Origin: an uncultured Acidobacteriota bacterium
Lineage (GTDB): Bacteria; Acidobacteriota; UBA6911; RPQK01; JAPXNP01
Direction of reading: 5' to 3'
NCBI GenBank assembly: GCA_963777605.1
Contig: CAVZRV010000035.1
Span: 192,001 to 256,000 of the forward strand
DNA length: 64,000 nt
A program made the translations under genes and the position numbers. The notes beneath the pieces are model-generated. The model did not search any database, was not told where the DNA came from, and saw nothing but the letters and a program-made list of their open reading frames with translations. This document shows, one piece after another, positions 41,922 through 51,740 of the stretch (position 1 is its first letter; each line of letters starts with the position of its first letter).

Positions 41922-43233
41922 TGCCGCTCCCCCGTTTTGCCGAATGCCGACGGATCAACTCGCGCAGATCCCGATCCCGGGCCCGGAGTCGTTCGAACAG
42001 CGTCAACTGGCTCAGTCCCCGAACCTTGTTCAGGTCGGGCGGATCGGTCTGACCCAGAATGAAGTAGGAGTCCCCCCGGATGTAGTCGGTGAGGAATCGA
42101 AGGCCGAGTTCGAGGGAAATGATCTGAACGGCGTCAACCATCAGTTCGATCTCCCGCGGTTGCACACTCCGCGCAGTGGCCAGAAATCCCTGGGCGATCG
42201 CCTCAAAAACCTCCTCATCAACCTGCACCTTGTCCCGGTCTCGTTCCTTTTCACCAGCAACATTGGCCAGCGAGCGGACCATGTCCCCCCAGTCAGCCAA
42301 CCAGGTGTGAGGCATGATCGTGTCGAGATCGATGAGCGCCTTGACTTTTCCGGTCTGATTGCTGAACAGGAAGTTGTCGAGCTTGGTATCACCGTGAATG
42401 GCGACTCGCCGGATTCTGCCCTCGTCCATGGCATCGAGCAGCGAAGTGGCAAAACTCTCATGCTCGAGAACCAGGTCGACAGCACCCTGCACTTCGGGAA
42501 GTTGGCGGCGCCGCTGATATTCGTGCTCGGGGAGGTGAACCAGAAAGTGAATCTCCGTGCTTTCCCGAAGGCGTCGGTCCTCCGGGAGGAAGGCAACCGC
42601 CTCCTCGAACGTCTGGTTACCGGCCATCACCGAGTGAAACTGCCGGTAGTAGAGTCGGGTCTCCCGGTATCCGGGCAGGGGATTTTCGAGTCCGGCCACC
42701 TTCACTCCTGCCGTCAAGTCAGCGTAGAGTGCAAGGCCCCGGCCGGCTTCCGTGGCTACCTCGAGTTGGCGCGCCCGCGAACCAACCTCGGCCAGGCTCT
42801 TGAACGTCCGGCAGTCGGAGATCTTTTTCATCAGGCGCCAATAGGAGACCCCCCTTCGATTCTCAAACTCCAGAAAGGGTACTCCGGTCCAAGTCGGAAC
42901 CAGTTCTACCGTTTCCCAACCCCCGGACTCAGTGGTTGACCTCCTCGCCAGGCTCTCCCGCTGGGCTTCGATGCAGGCGATCATGGCGGCCATCACATTC
43001 CGCGGGCGCCGGAAAACCTGCTGGTTGATCTGCTGGAGCAGAAACTCGCGACTGTTGGCGCCGGTTCCGGAGGAAATCAGGTAAGTGTGCTGGTTGATGT
43101 TCCCCTTGTCGGGGAAATCGTAGACCTCGACCGGAGACTCCAGGGCAAACTTGGATACGATCCGGGCCGCCAGGGCGGTGGGATACTCGTCGAATGTTCC
43201 AGGTTTTAGGGCAATCGTTTCATCCCTTTCCAA
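41914..43233 (-). CDS. Aminoglycoside-phosphotransferase-fold sugar kinase (N-acetylhexosamine 1-kinase-like)
   Basis: GNINQHTY, LQQINQQVF, HGDTKLDNFLF, IDLDTIMP, DWGDMVRS, GLRFLTDYIRGDSYF; TTG start after GGAGG. Confidence 0.82.
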   Translation of the reverse strand: MERDETIALKPGTFDEYPTALAARIVSKFALESPVEVYDFPDKGNINQHTYLISSGTGANSREFLLQQINQQVFRRPRNVMAAMIACIEAQRESLARRSTTESGGWETVELVPTWTGVPFLEFENRRGVSYWRLMKKISDCRTFKSLAEVGSRARQLEVATEAGRGLALYADLTAGVKVAGLENPLPGYRETRLYYRQFHSVMAGNQTFEEAVAFLPEDRRLRESTEIHFLVHLPEHEYQRRRQLPEVQGAVDLVLEHESFATSLLDAMDEGRIRRVAIHGDTKLDNFLFSNQTGKVKALIDLDTIMPHTWLADWGDMVRSLANVAGEKERDRDKVQVDEEVFEAIAQGFLATARSVQPREIELMVDAVQIISLELGLRFLTDYIRGDSYFILGQTDPPDLNKVRGLSQLTLFERLRARDRDLRELIRRHSAKRGSGSA

Positions 43234-43310
43234 GTCGCATTCCTCCCGCGCCGAGTCCCCTCCCCAGAATCGCTGAGGGCGCCGCAATCGCACGTTCCGG
43301 CGCTATTCTC

Positions 43311-44996
43311 TCAAATGCCCGGTTCCGGATCGAGCTTTTGGTACCAGGGCAACCGGCCCAGCGGAGCCTCGACCGTCAAAGTTCGAGGTCCGGTAACCAG
43401 TTCACCGTCGTCACCCTTCCAATGGCCTGGAGGAAACACGATCTCGCGGAAGCGGGCGCCCTTTTCGAGGACCGGAGCCACAAGGACCTCTTTACCGAGC
43501 AGGAACTGGTCGGTGATTTCAACATAGCCCCGGTTAGGAAATTCGTACTCGAGACTGCGGACAATCGGCTCGCCGGTTCGGGCCGCCTCATCCGCCAGTT
43601 CCAGGAGCTTTTCTCCCATGGAGGTGTGAAGGTGAGACATCGTAATGCAGTGTTCCAGGTTTTCCTTGTCCAGAACCCGCCAGGGAGCAACCGAGAACTG
43701 CATCATGGGCATCAGGGCGTGACATTGGGCAGCCCGAACGATCAGTTCCTGGTCCACCTGTGCCAGGTCGATAAAGGAAAGGTACTCACCCCCACCGATC
43801 ATGTCGGGACAGGTGAAGGGATAGCCCATCAAGCCCTCGTTGATGATTCCAGGGATCAGTTTGCGCAGGTCCTCCCAGCTGTGTTCCTTGTCGCGCAACC
43901 GCTGGGCGAGAGGCTGCCCCCCCATCTTCCAGCAGGCACGAAATTCATTCAGAGGGAAATCGAGGCCGAGGCGGGCGAATTCCTCGCAGTGACCGTTTGC
44001 CGTGATATCCGGGCGATGCGACCTGAAGGGCGTGAGCATGTTACGGGAGGAGTAATGCTCGGCATCTCCACCGTCGAACTTGAACCCGTCGATCCTGTAT
44101 TCCTGGACAAGACGGTCGAGTTGTCCCTTGAGGAACTCTCTTCCCGACGGGTTGGTCAGGTCAACCACCGCGCTGAACCCGTCCCACCACTGCATGATGG
44201 CCGGGTACGGTTCCCTGTCGGGGTTGGAGATCCAGACCTTCCTGCCGTCTCGAGTGACCTTTTGCTGCAGGGCCGCGAAGTAGGGCCCATCCGGAGAGAT
44301 GTAGGGGCAGACCCAGACCATCACTTTGAAGCCAAGGTCGTGAAGGGTTCGAATCATGGCCTTCGGATCTTCGAAACGGGCCCGGTCAAAATCCCAATCG
44401 CCGTAGTTCTTGAACCACCCCTCGTCGATCATCAGAACTCCCGGTTCGAAGCCCGCCGCCACCGCTTTCTCAGCGTATTCGAGCACGTCCTTCTGATTCT
44501 GGTTGTAAGTCAGCTCGATCCAGGTGTTGAACTGGGGTCGCGTGAACAGTAAAGGATCGGGGATCCGGCCACTTGGAGGAAAGAAGTTCCGGCTCGCATA
44601 TTGAAACGCCTCCCGCAGGGAGTGTCCCTCCTTGCCCGAAGCAATCGCGGAACGCCTCGACGCCGCAGTGAGCAGCCGGCCGTCGAACCGGAACGAAAAG
44701 GGATCCTCGCACCAGAGGTACCGGCCCGAACTCGAAATCAGCAGAGGTTGTCCCTGATTCCCGCCAGTGTTGTCGGTGAAGTCGAATGCGTAGTCCTGGC
44801 CGCGCCCAATCGGCATCAGGTGCGACTGGCTGATGACACCGGCCCACCACCGTTCACCGTCCTTTATTTCCAGTTTCAGTTCCCGTCTCCCCTGCGACAT
44901 GGCGGAGAAACCGATCCCAAAGGCAGCCAGAAGACCGGCCAGAGTGGCGATCCAGATGAGAGGTAAGCGATTCGGGAAACGGCTTCTGGGAATCAT
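43311..44996 (-). CDS. Glycoside hydrolase family 31, secreted
   Basis: Signal peptide; PQFNTWIEL, MIDEGW, IDGFKFDGGD (nucleophile), PDMIGG, MMQFSVAPW, DQFLLG. Confidence 0.88.
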   Translation of the reverse strand: MIPRSRFPNRLPLIWIATLAGLLAAFGIGFSAMSQGRRELKLEIKDGERWWAGVISQSHLMPIGRGQDYAFDFTDNTGGNQGQPLLISSSGRYLWCEDPFSFRFDGRLLTAASRRSAIASGKEGHSLREAFQYASRNFFPPSGRIPDPLLFTRPQFNTWIELTYNQNQKDVLEYAEKAVAAGFEPGVLMIDEGWFKNYGDWDFDRARFEDPKAMIRTLHDLGFKVMVWVCPYISPDGPYFAALQQKVTRDGRKVWISNPDREPYPAIMQWWDGFSAVVDLTNPSGREFLKGQLDRLVQEYRIDGFKFDGGDAEHYSSRNMLTPFRSHRPDITANGHCEEFARLGLDFPLNEFRACWKMGGQPLAQRLRDKEHSWEDLRKLIPGIINEGLMGYPFTCPDMIGGGEYLSFIDLAQVDQELIVRAAQCHALMPMMQFSVAPWRVLDKENLEHCITMSHLHTSMGEKLLELADEAARTGEPIVRSLEYEFPNRGYVEITDQFLLGKEVLVAPVLEKGARFREIVFPPGHWKGDDGELVTGPRTLTVEAPLGRLPWYQKLDPEPGI

Positions 44997-45251
44997 CCTT
45001 CGGTCTCCTTTGGCTCGCGAGTGGTCAGAATACAGGAGGGAGAAGAAAGAAGACAGGACACCCGCACCTCGGAACCTCGGAACCTCGGAACCAGTCAACC
45101 ACGGTCCTATGGGTCCCATCTCAAGGTTCTATGGGTCCCCTCCACCAAGATTCGAGAGGCAGCGGGGGAGGCTTATCCTGCCCCTGATTGAACCGCGAAA
45201 CGTTGAACGTGAAACGCCGCACCCGATGGCGCCCGGGGTGCTGAAACCCTT

Positions 45252-46268
45252 GTGTTAGAATCGCTTCTGATGGCGACGGAATCGGCGCCGGAGATAGAGC
45301 GAGTCGAAGAAGAGAAGGAAACGGTTGATTGGACGAAGGATGGCTCGAAATCAGACGGGCCGGACGAAGAGTCACATGAGCTGATTCCGCGTGGTGAGAC
45401 CAGGATCTCCAAACTCTCACCCCTTCAACGTTATCTCCTGGAGATCCGGCAGTTCAAAACACTCTCCTCGGAAGAAGAGCATGCCCTCGCGGTTCAGTAT
45501 CGTGAGGAGGGAGACCAGTCTGCCGCCTATCGCCTGGTGACCGCCAATCTGTCTCTGGTGGTCAAGATTGCCCGGATCTACTCGCGTGTCTATCACAACG
45601 TCATCGACCTGGTCCAGGAAGGGAATATCGGCCTGATCGAAGCCGTCAAGCGCTTCGATCCCCACAAGGGGAACCGGCTTCCGACCTACGCTTCCTGGTG
45701 GATCAAGGCCTACATCATCAAGTTCATTCTGGACAACTTCCGGATCGTGCGGGTCGGCACCACCAACGAACGGCGACGTCTCCTCTTCAACCTCCGCCAG
45801 GAGAAGGAGAAACTCCGCATGAAGGGGATAGAACCAACCCACTCTCTGCTTGCCGAACGGCTCTGTGTCTCCGAAGAAGATGTCCGGGCGGTCGAGGCAA
45901 ACATCGAGTCGGGCGAGTTGCAGCTCGACTCCTACATCGGCGACGACCAGAAGACACGCTACATCGACACGCTCCGGACTGCCGAAGAGCAGGTGGACGA
46001 ACGCCTGGCGCGGGGAGAACTTCAGGAACTGTTCAACCGTAAACTCGCGGCCCTTTCGCGCGACCTTAACGAACGGGAACGGACAATCCTGAACGAACGT
46101 CTGATCGCCTCGGAACCCAAAACCCTTCAGGAACTGGCGGATCGCTTCGGTGTCACACGGGAGGCTATCCGGCTGAATGAGAAGTCGCTCGTCGAGAAGA
46201 TCAAGACTTACATGAGAGTCGCTCTTCGCGACGTCACTGAAGTCGAAATCGGCCTTTTGACGTCTTAG
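45252..46268 (+). CDS. rpoH: RpoH/sigma-32-like RNA polymerase sigma factor
   Basis: LVTANL, DLVQEGNIGL, YASWWIKAYI, RpoH-box-like RRLLFNLR, region 4 TLQELADRFGVTREAIR. Confidence 0.8.
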   Translation: MLESLLMATESAPEIERVEEEKETVDWTKDGSKSDGPDEESHELIPRGETRISKLSPLQRYLLEIRQFKTLSSEEEHALAVQYREEGDQSAAYRLVTANLSLVVKIARIYSRVYHNVIDLVQEGNIGLIEAVKRFDPHKGNRLPTYASWWIKAYIIKFILDNFRIVRVGTTNERRRLLFNLRQEKEKLRMKGIEPTHSLLAERLCVSEEDVRAVEANIESGELQLDSYIGDDQKTRYIDTLRTAEEQVDERLARGELQELFNRKLAALSRDLNERERTILNERLIASEPKTLQELADRFGVTREAIRLNEKSLVEKIKTYMRVALRDVTEVEIGLLTS

Positions 46269-46381
46269 AACCGGCCCTCGAACGTCCTGCCCTGGAATTT
46301 CATAGACTCGCTGAAACTTTCCGAGCTCGCCCGGCATCTATCTCCCTGTTAAAGTATTTTTGAGTTTGGCCGAATTTTGGC

Positions 46382-46409
46382 TTGACAAGCCGAGTTCCGG
46401 CGGTATTAT
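46382..46409 (+). promoter_or_regulatory. Putative strong sigma70 promoter
   Basis: TTGACA (46382-46387), 16-bp spacer, TATTAT (46404-46409), T-rich upstream region. Confidence 0.65.
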
Positions 46410-46422
46410 TTAGCGTTTTCAG

Positions 46423-46457
46423 GCCGTGCCCGCGCTTGGGTCGGGCACGGCTTTTTT
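46423..46457 (+). terminator. Intrinsic terminator-like hairpin
   Basis: GCCGTGCCCG-N9-CGGGCACGGC, a perfect 10-bp stem followed by T6. Confidence 0.75.
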
Positions 46458-46514
46458 GTATCCGGCTGGCCACAGACCACGAATTTAACTTTTGAAATCA
46501 GGAGGAACTGCATC

Positions 46515-46700
46515 ATGGCTGAAAAATTGAGCAAGACCGCGAGGGCTAGTCTCTTACGCAAGGGCGCCGCAGGCGCGGGCCGCAACTGTCCCCAGTGTGG
46601 AACCCCGATGGTGGCGACCAAGGTCGTCCGGTCGGCATTCGCTCCCGGTGGGATGTACTGGGTTTGCCAGAAAGACGACTACCGCGTAAAGACCAACTAG
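46515..46700 (+). CDS. Small basic zinc-ribbon-like protein (61 aa)
   Basis: Strong RBS CAGGAGG; CPQCG...YWVCQKDD; K/R-rich N-terminus. Confidence 0.8.
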   Translation: MAEKLSKTARASLLRKGAAGAGRNCPQCGTPMVATKVVRSAFAPGGMYWVCQKDDYRVKTN

Positions 46701-46753
46701 TCTGCGCTCCACGAATTGCCGCGTGCCCGTCACAAGGCACGCGGCCCCCCTCT

Positions 46754-46794
<41 letters not shown>

Positions 46795-46861
46795 TGATCT
46801 CCCGTCTCCATGATAAATTTTTGGTCTTTCTGGTATTACAGATCTCATGATGAGGTGAGAA

Positions 46862-47824
46862 GTGGCTACGGAAGATCGGAAGAACCGGCTCGCAATACTT
46901 GCTTTTGGTGGTAACGCCATCATCCGGCGGGGCCAATCCGGCGACATTCACACTCAGTTTGCCAACACGCGTCAGGTACTCCAGGGAGTTGTCGACCTGG
47001 TCGCTGAAGGAAGCGGCCTGGTCATTGTCCACGGCAACGGCCCGCAGGTCGGACACGAGTTGGTTCGCTCTCAACTGGCCTCCCGAGAGGTCCCCGAGCT
47101 TCCGCTCGGCGTCCTGGTGGCCGATACCGAGGGTGGCATGGGCTACATGATCCAGCAGTGTCTTCAGAACGTGCTCTGGAAGAACCGGATCAAGAAGCCA
47201 GTCGTAACCATCCTCACCCAGGTCGTCTGCGAGAGGGATGATCCCCGCCTCAAGAATCCGACCAAGCCGGTGGGACGCTTCTTCAACCAGGAAGAAGCGC
47301 GGGTGCTGATGGCGGAAAAGGGCTGGGTAATGAAAGAGGACGCCGGGAGAGGATGGCGCCTGGTCGTTCCGTCGCCTCGTCCCACCCGGATAGTGGAACG
47401 CCGAACGTTACGAATGCTGGTCGAATCGGGAATCCTCGTGATCGCAGGTGGCGGAGGTGGAATTCCCATATTTGTAGAAGAGAACGGAGATTTCGAAGGC
47501 CTTGATGTCGTCATCGACAAAGACCTGACAGCCAGCCTGATCGGCAAGAGCGTTGGGGCGGACACCTTGATTATCGCAACCGACATTCGCAAAGTCGCCC
47601 TCAACTTCAATCAGCCCAACCAGCAAGACCTCGATCAGATGACTCTGACCGACGCCCGGAAATACCTTTCGGAAGGCCACTTTCTGGCCGGATCCATGGG
47701 GCCCAAGATCGAGGCCTCGGTGGATTTTCTTGAGGGAGGCGGCGATCGCGTTATCATTGCAGCACCGGGCCAGATCAAAGAATCCCTCGCTGGACGTGCA
47801 GGGACCACTATCATCCACGACTGA
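46862..47824 (+). CDS. arcC: Carbamate kinase
   Basis: AFGGNA, HGNGPQVG, PTKPVG, DAGRGWR.VVPSP, GGGGIP, VIDKD, GSMGPKI. Confidence 0.94.
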   Translation: MATEDRKNRLAILAFGGNAIIRRGQSGDIHTQFANTRQVLQGVVDLVAEGSGLVIVHGNGPQVGHELVRSQLASREVPELPLGVLVADTEGGMGYMIQQCLQNVLWKNRIKKPVVTILTQVVCERDDPRLKNPTKPVGRFFNQEEARVLMAEKGWVMKEDAGRGWRLVVPSPRPTRIVERRTLRMLVESGILVIAGGGGGIPIFVEENGDFEGLDVVIDKDLTASLIGKSVGADTLIIATDIRKVALNFNQPNQQDLDQMTLTDARKYLSEGHFLAGSMGPKIEASVDFLEGGGDRVIIAAPGQIKESLAGRAGTTIIHD

Positions 47825-47848
47825 AAGGGGAGGAGCAGCACCGCCAAC

Positions 47849-48727
47849 GTGACTCTGACGATCCGTGAGCTGGAGACAACAACCGACCTGACGAGCTGTG
47901 TCTCAATTCAGGAGGTGGTATGGGGACCGGATGACGAACTGGTGGATGCGGGCGGGTTGAGCCGGGCACTCGACGACGGAGGGATCCTCCTGGGAGGCTT
48001 CGGCCAGGGAAATCAGTTGGTGGGCTTTGTCTTCAGCTTTCGAATCAGAGGGTTGGAACTCGAGGCTCAGCATTCTCACATGCTTGCGGTCCTTCCCGAA
48101 TTTCGTGACAGTGGCATCGGTCTCCAACTCAAGGAGGCTCAGTTCCGCGTTGCCCGGAAACGGGGAACCCAGTGGGTCGTCTGGACATTTGATCCTCTCG
48201 AGTCCAGGAACTCGCATCTCAACCTGAACAAGCTTGGAGCGCGGGCAAGCACCTACTTCGTCGATTTCTACCCTGGAAGTCGCAGCCTTCTCCATGCCGG
48301 GCTGGAGACCGACCGCTTGGTTGCCGAACGCGATCTCCAGGTTGGGGCAAATCGATCCTCAACAATTCCTGCCGGCGAAACTCCCCCGCATAAAGCCGTG
48401 GAGTCGGTCCGCTCCGACCGGGGATTTCCGATTCCGGGACCTCCACGACTGGAAAACTCATCGGAAGTGGTTCTCATTGAGATCCCGTGCGACATCCAGA
48501 ACCTCAAGCAGTCCAATTCAACCCTGGCGAAGGAGTGGAGAGAGGCCACTCGTGAAGCCTTTCGCTACTACCTCGATCGCAGATATGTTGTTGAGGGTTT
48601 CCTGAGAAGGAACGAGACACGGCCGAGCCGGGCGTTCCACCTGCTTCGCTATGCCCCGCTCGTCGAAAGACTGGGGCCACGGCTCGACTTTTCGAGACGT
48701 CCCTTCCAGGCCGCGCCCCACGCATGA
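47849..48727 (+). CDS. GNAT-family acyltransferase (COG3375-like)
   Basis: QEVVWG, HSHMLAVLPEFRDSGIGLQLK, WTFDPL..RN...NL.KLG, TDRL, IEIP, WREATR. Confidence 0.85.
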   Translation: MTLTIRELETTTDLTSCVSIQEVVWGPDDELVDAGGLSRALDDGGILLGGFGQGNQLVGFVFSFRIRGLELEAQHSHMLAVLPEFRDSGIGLQLKEAQFRVARKRGTQWVVWTFDPLESRNSHLNLNKLGARASTYFVDFYPGSRSLLHAGLETDRLVAERDLQVGANRSSTIPAGETPPHKAVESVRSDRGFPIPGPPRLENSSEVVLIEIPCDIQNLKQSNSTLAKEWREATREAFRYYLDRRYVVEGFLRRNETRPSRAFHLLRYAPLVERLGPRLDFSRRPFQAAPHA

Positions 48728-48854
48728 AGTCGATCCGTATTCAGCAGGCGAGTGAAGCGAGCGCGATGCCAGATACCCCGCAGTCACCTCACCTGAAACT
48801 TCACCTGAAGCTTGGACCCTGGGTCCATTTGAAACGTGGAATGGCACGGACACA

Positions 48855-49310
48855 GAGCCGGGGGTAAGGCGAAGCCGCGCCCCCGGGTTCGCGGACCCAG
48901 TTTCACTCTTTGAATGGTCCGGCGCCGCCGGGGGCCCGGCTCACCTGAAACTTCATTTGGATGAACTGGAAATCCTGGATGAGTTGGACGCGTCTGGACG
49001 GAGATTCGGGCGATCGGTGGAACTCAGAAGCCGTGGCTCTCGGCTGGATCCTGGTTCCTGGTCCGGTGCCAGACGCGGATGAGTGATGATCACGGGATCG
49101 GCGCCGGGCCGGCCCCTGAAGGGGGCCTGTTTTCAGCCCAGGCATTTGCCTGGGTTCACGGTCCACCCATCAAGAATCCAGCCCTGAAAGGGCGGCACAG
49201 CTCTCCGGACGTGAAGAATCGGCGCGACCTTACAGGCCGCAATCGAAATGCAGGACCACAGACCCAGGGTAAACCCTGGGCTGAAACCAGGGCCTCAGCG
49301 CCCGGCTCAG
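48855..49310. repeat. Intergenic cluster of REP-like palindromes (REPIN-like)
   Basis: GAGCCGGGGG..GGCGAAGCC..CCCCCGG (48855-48890); TTTCAGCCCAGG-CATTTG-CCTGGG (49131-49154) inverted to CCCAGGG-TAAA-CCCTGGGCTGAAA (49263-49286); GCCCTGAAAGGGC palindrome. Confidence 0.65.
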
Positions 49311-49336
49311 TTTCACTCTCTGGTTGGCCTGCCCTA

Positions 49337-49399
49337 CAAACAGAAAGCCGCCGATCCCGGGTTGCCACTACGTGTAGCAGCAGGCCGGAACCGGCGGCT
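49337..49399 (-). terminator. Probable terminator downstream of the Gfo/Idh/MocA gene
   Basis: AGCCGCCG...CGGCGGCT stem followed on the minus strand by TTCTGTTT. Confidence 0.5.
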
Positions 49400-49427
49400 C
49401 ATTATCCAGCCAATCTGAAGCGTGAGC

Positions 49428-50684
49428 TTACAGCTTGTCGACGTCTACGTCGGTCACCCAGTGCTGGTCGGAGGCCAGGAGTTCACCCCAGCTGATTTCG
49501 CGCCCTTCGTAAGCAGCCTGACGAGCGAGAATCGCGGTCAGCGTGCTCTCCGCGCCGTGCTTTAACTGGTTGTGATAGTTGCCGCTCGTGATGCTGTTCA
49601 CGAACTCTTTGATCTTGTTCGGAGTGGCATCACCCAACGGGTCGATTTCGGGTGCCTTTTCCCCAGAGGAGGTCTTGGCCGCGGCTTCCCAGGGATTGTC
49701 GCCCTTGATCACGACTCCACCACTGTAGAAGGCCTCGGAGAAACCTTTCGGCCCGAAACAGCGCCAGCCGACCGGTCCCCAAACGGGGAGGAACTGGGTC
49801 GAGGAGAACGCGGCCCGGATGTCGTTCGGATAGAACAGAGTGACAATGTACTCATCCGAAACATCACCGATGTCGGTTCGGACCTTGCGCGCGGCCGTCG
49901 CCTGGGCCCGCAGCGGGTGAGCGTTCAGAATCCAGTTGTAGGTGTCGAGGATGTGGATGTTCTGCTCGACAATGATGTCACCGCTCAGAACCCGATCGAA
50001 GACCCAGTTCCGCAGCTTGCTCTCCATCGGCGACATGTTCGGTTCCTTGTGACGCGGAAGATCGCCAGCGAAGTAGAAACCGTTGACACACGCGATGTCG
50101 CCAAGGGCACCGTCATGAATGCGCTTGGTCTGCTCCGCGTAGACGCTTCCGTAGCGGATCTGGAAACCGACCTCGACCGAAAGCTTCCCTTCAACACGGG
50201 CCGCCTGGGACGCCACGTCCATGCATCCGCGGACATCAGTGGCCACCGGCTTCTCGCAGTAGGTGTGCTTGTTCCCGGCCAACGACGCCTTCAGGTGGAG
50301 AGGATGGAAGTACGGAGGCGTCGCAATGATCAGCACATCGACATCACTCTGCGTGATCTCTTTGTAGGCATCCGGCCCCAGGAACTTCTTCTCGACCTTG
50401 CCCCGTCCCTTGCTCGCGTTGAGCTTGTTGAAACGCTCTTCGGCCGCGGTCAGCCGGTCCTGGAATAGATCGGCCACCGCGTAAATCTGCGAATTGGTGT
50501 TGTTTACGAAATCGCTTGCATCCGAGGTGCCGCGTCCGCCGCAGCCCAGCAAACCGACCTTGAGGGTTGAATTGGCGGCGCTTCCGAATGCAGTCTCGGG
50601 CTTCACAGCCAGCAGGGTACCGGTTGCAGCAACGGAAGATTTCATGAAATCACGCCGCCCCAGAGACTTGATCATTTTCGACAT
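49428..50684 (-). CDS. Tat-exported Gfo/Idh/MocA oxidoreductase
   Basis: GRRDFMK Tat signal, GCGGRG, ATPPYFHP, CEKP, EQNIHILD. Confidence 0.92.
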   Translation of the reverse strand: MSKMIKSLGRRDFMKSSVAATGTLLAVKPETAFGSAANSTLKVGLLGCGGRGTSDASDFVNNTNSQIYAVADLFQDRLTAAEERFNKLNASKGRGKVEKKFLGPDAYKEITQSDVDVLIIATPPYFHPLHLKASLAGNKHTYCEKPVATDVRGCMDVASQAARVEGKLSVEVGFQIRYGSVYAEQTKRIHDGALGDIACVNGFYFAGDLPRHKEPNMSPMESKLRNWVFDRVLSGDIIVEQNIHILDTYNWILNAHPLRAQATAARKVRTDIGDVSDEYIVTLFYPNDIRAAFSSTQFLPVWGPVGWRCFGPKGFSEAFYSGGVVIKGDNPWEAAAKTSSGEKAPEIDPLGDATPNKIKEFVNSITSGNYHNQLKHGAESTLTAILARQAAYEGREISWGELLASDQHWVTDVDVDKL

Positions 50685-50738
50685 GCCTTTCTCCTTTATT
50701 CGTTTAAGTAATCCATTATGACCTGAAGGCCAATAATA

Positions 50739-51737
50739 TCAGGGCACTGCTTCATTTTGGAGTCCCGTTCCTTCTACGGGAACCGTTACGGTGGAAAGAG
50801 ACCCCGCCAGCATTCCGTAAAGCTCCCACTGACTTGCCAGGCTCAGCACCCGAAGCACGATTCGACCGACGATCAGGACCTGTGCCAAAAGGGCTCCCCA
50901 GATCAGCATTCCGATTCCCCCTGAGTTGGCCCCCGGGGCCACAACCGCGTATATCAGCGTCAGCGCCGAGAACACGCTCAGGATTGCACCGCCCAGCAGA
51001 ATGACCGGTCCCCGGTTGCAACAGACGAAGCGAAGCGCCCGAATGACGGCAAGAAAGGAACTCCGCCGATGCTCCGCGACCAGCACGACCTTGGTGTAAT
51101 CCATCCAGAGCCGCACAGCGAAGAGAAGCACGAGGAAGATCGCGTACTTTGCCAGCGCGGCAACAAACGCAATCCGTTCATCTACGACCTGGCGGGTCAA
51201 CTCTGAGAGAAGCCAATCCAGTTTCCCAACCCCCTGGTAAACCAGGTAAAAGAGCACCACTCCGATCAGTCCCAGCCGGAAGAACCGGCCCAGGTACCGT
51301 CCGGCTCCCGCGGCGAAATCGCCGAAATCCCCCGAGGATCCCCGCTGGAATGACGTCATGAAGCCCGCCGACAGGAAAACCCACACGAGAAGGTAGGCTG
51401 CCCCGAAACCGCGAATCGCCAGGGGCGCCCGAAACAGCCCGCCACGGAGCAGGTCATCGAGGGAGTTGAGCACTGCTCCCGGACCACTCATCGTCGGGTC
51501 CAGCGTCCCGGCCAGACCTTGGGCCTGACCAGCAAACTCCCGGTACCAGTCCTGGCTATACCCCTGGGTCAGTGTTTCTGCCACCTGGCTCTTTCCCACG
51601 GAGTCGCGAATCTCTCCCATCATCAGAACGAAGGGAATCAAAACCAGGACGACGTTCAGCAGCCAGGCCAACGCCACGAAGCGCTTGTGCCGCCCAACCA
51701 GTTCCATACCTTTTTGAAATGCCAGCAGGAAGTTCAT
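50739..51737 (-). CDS. Hypothetical multi-pass membrane protein
   Basis: About 6 hydrophobic segments; begins 3 nt after the M1 peptidase stop. Confidence 0.8.
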   Translation of the reverse strand: MNFLLAFQKGMELVGRHKRFVALAWLLNVVLVLIPFVLMMGEIRDSVGKSQVAETLTQGYSQDWYREFAGQAQGLAGTLDPTMSGPGAVLNSLDDLLRGGLFRAPLAIRGFGAAYLLVWVFLSAGFMTSFQRGSSGDFGDFAAGAGRYLGRFFRLGLIGVVLFYLVYQGVGKLDWLLSELTRQVVDERIAFVAALAKYAIFLVLLFAVRLWMDYTKVVLVAEHRRSSFLAVIRALRFVCCNRGPVILLGGAILSVFSALTLIYAVVAPGANSGGIGMLIWGALLAQVLIVGRIVLRVLSLASQWELYGMLAGSLSTVTVPVEGTGLQNEAVP

Positions 51738-51740
51738 CGT

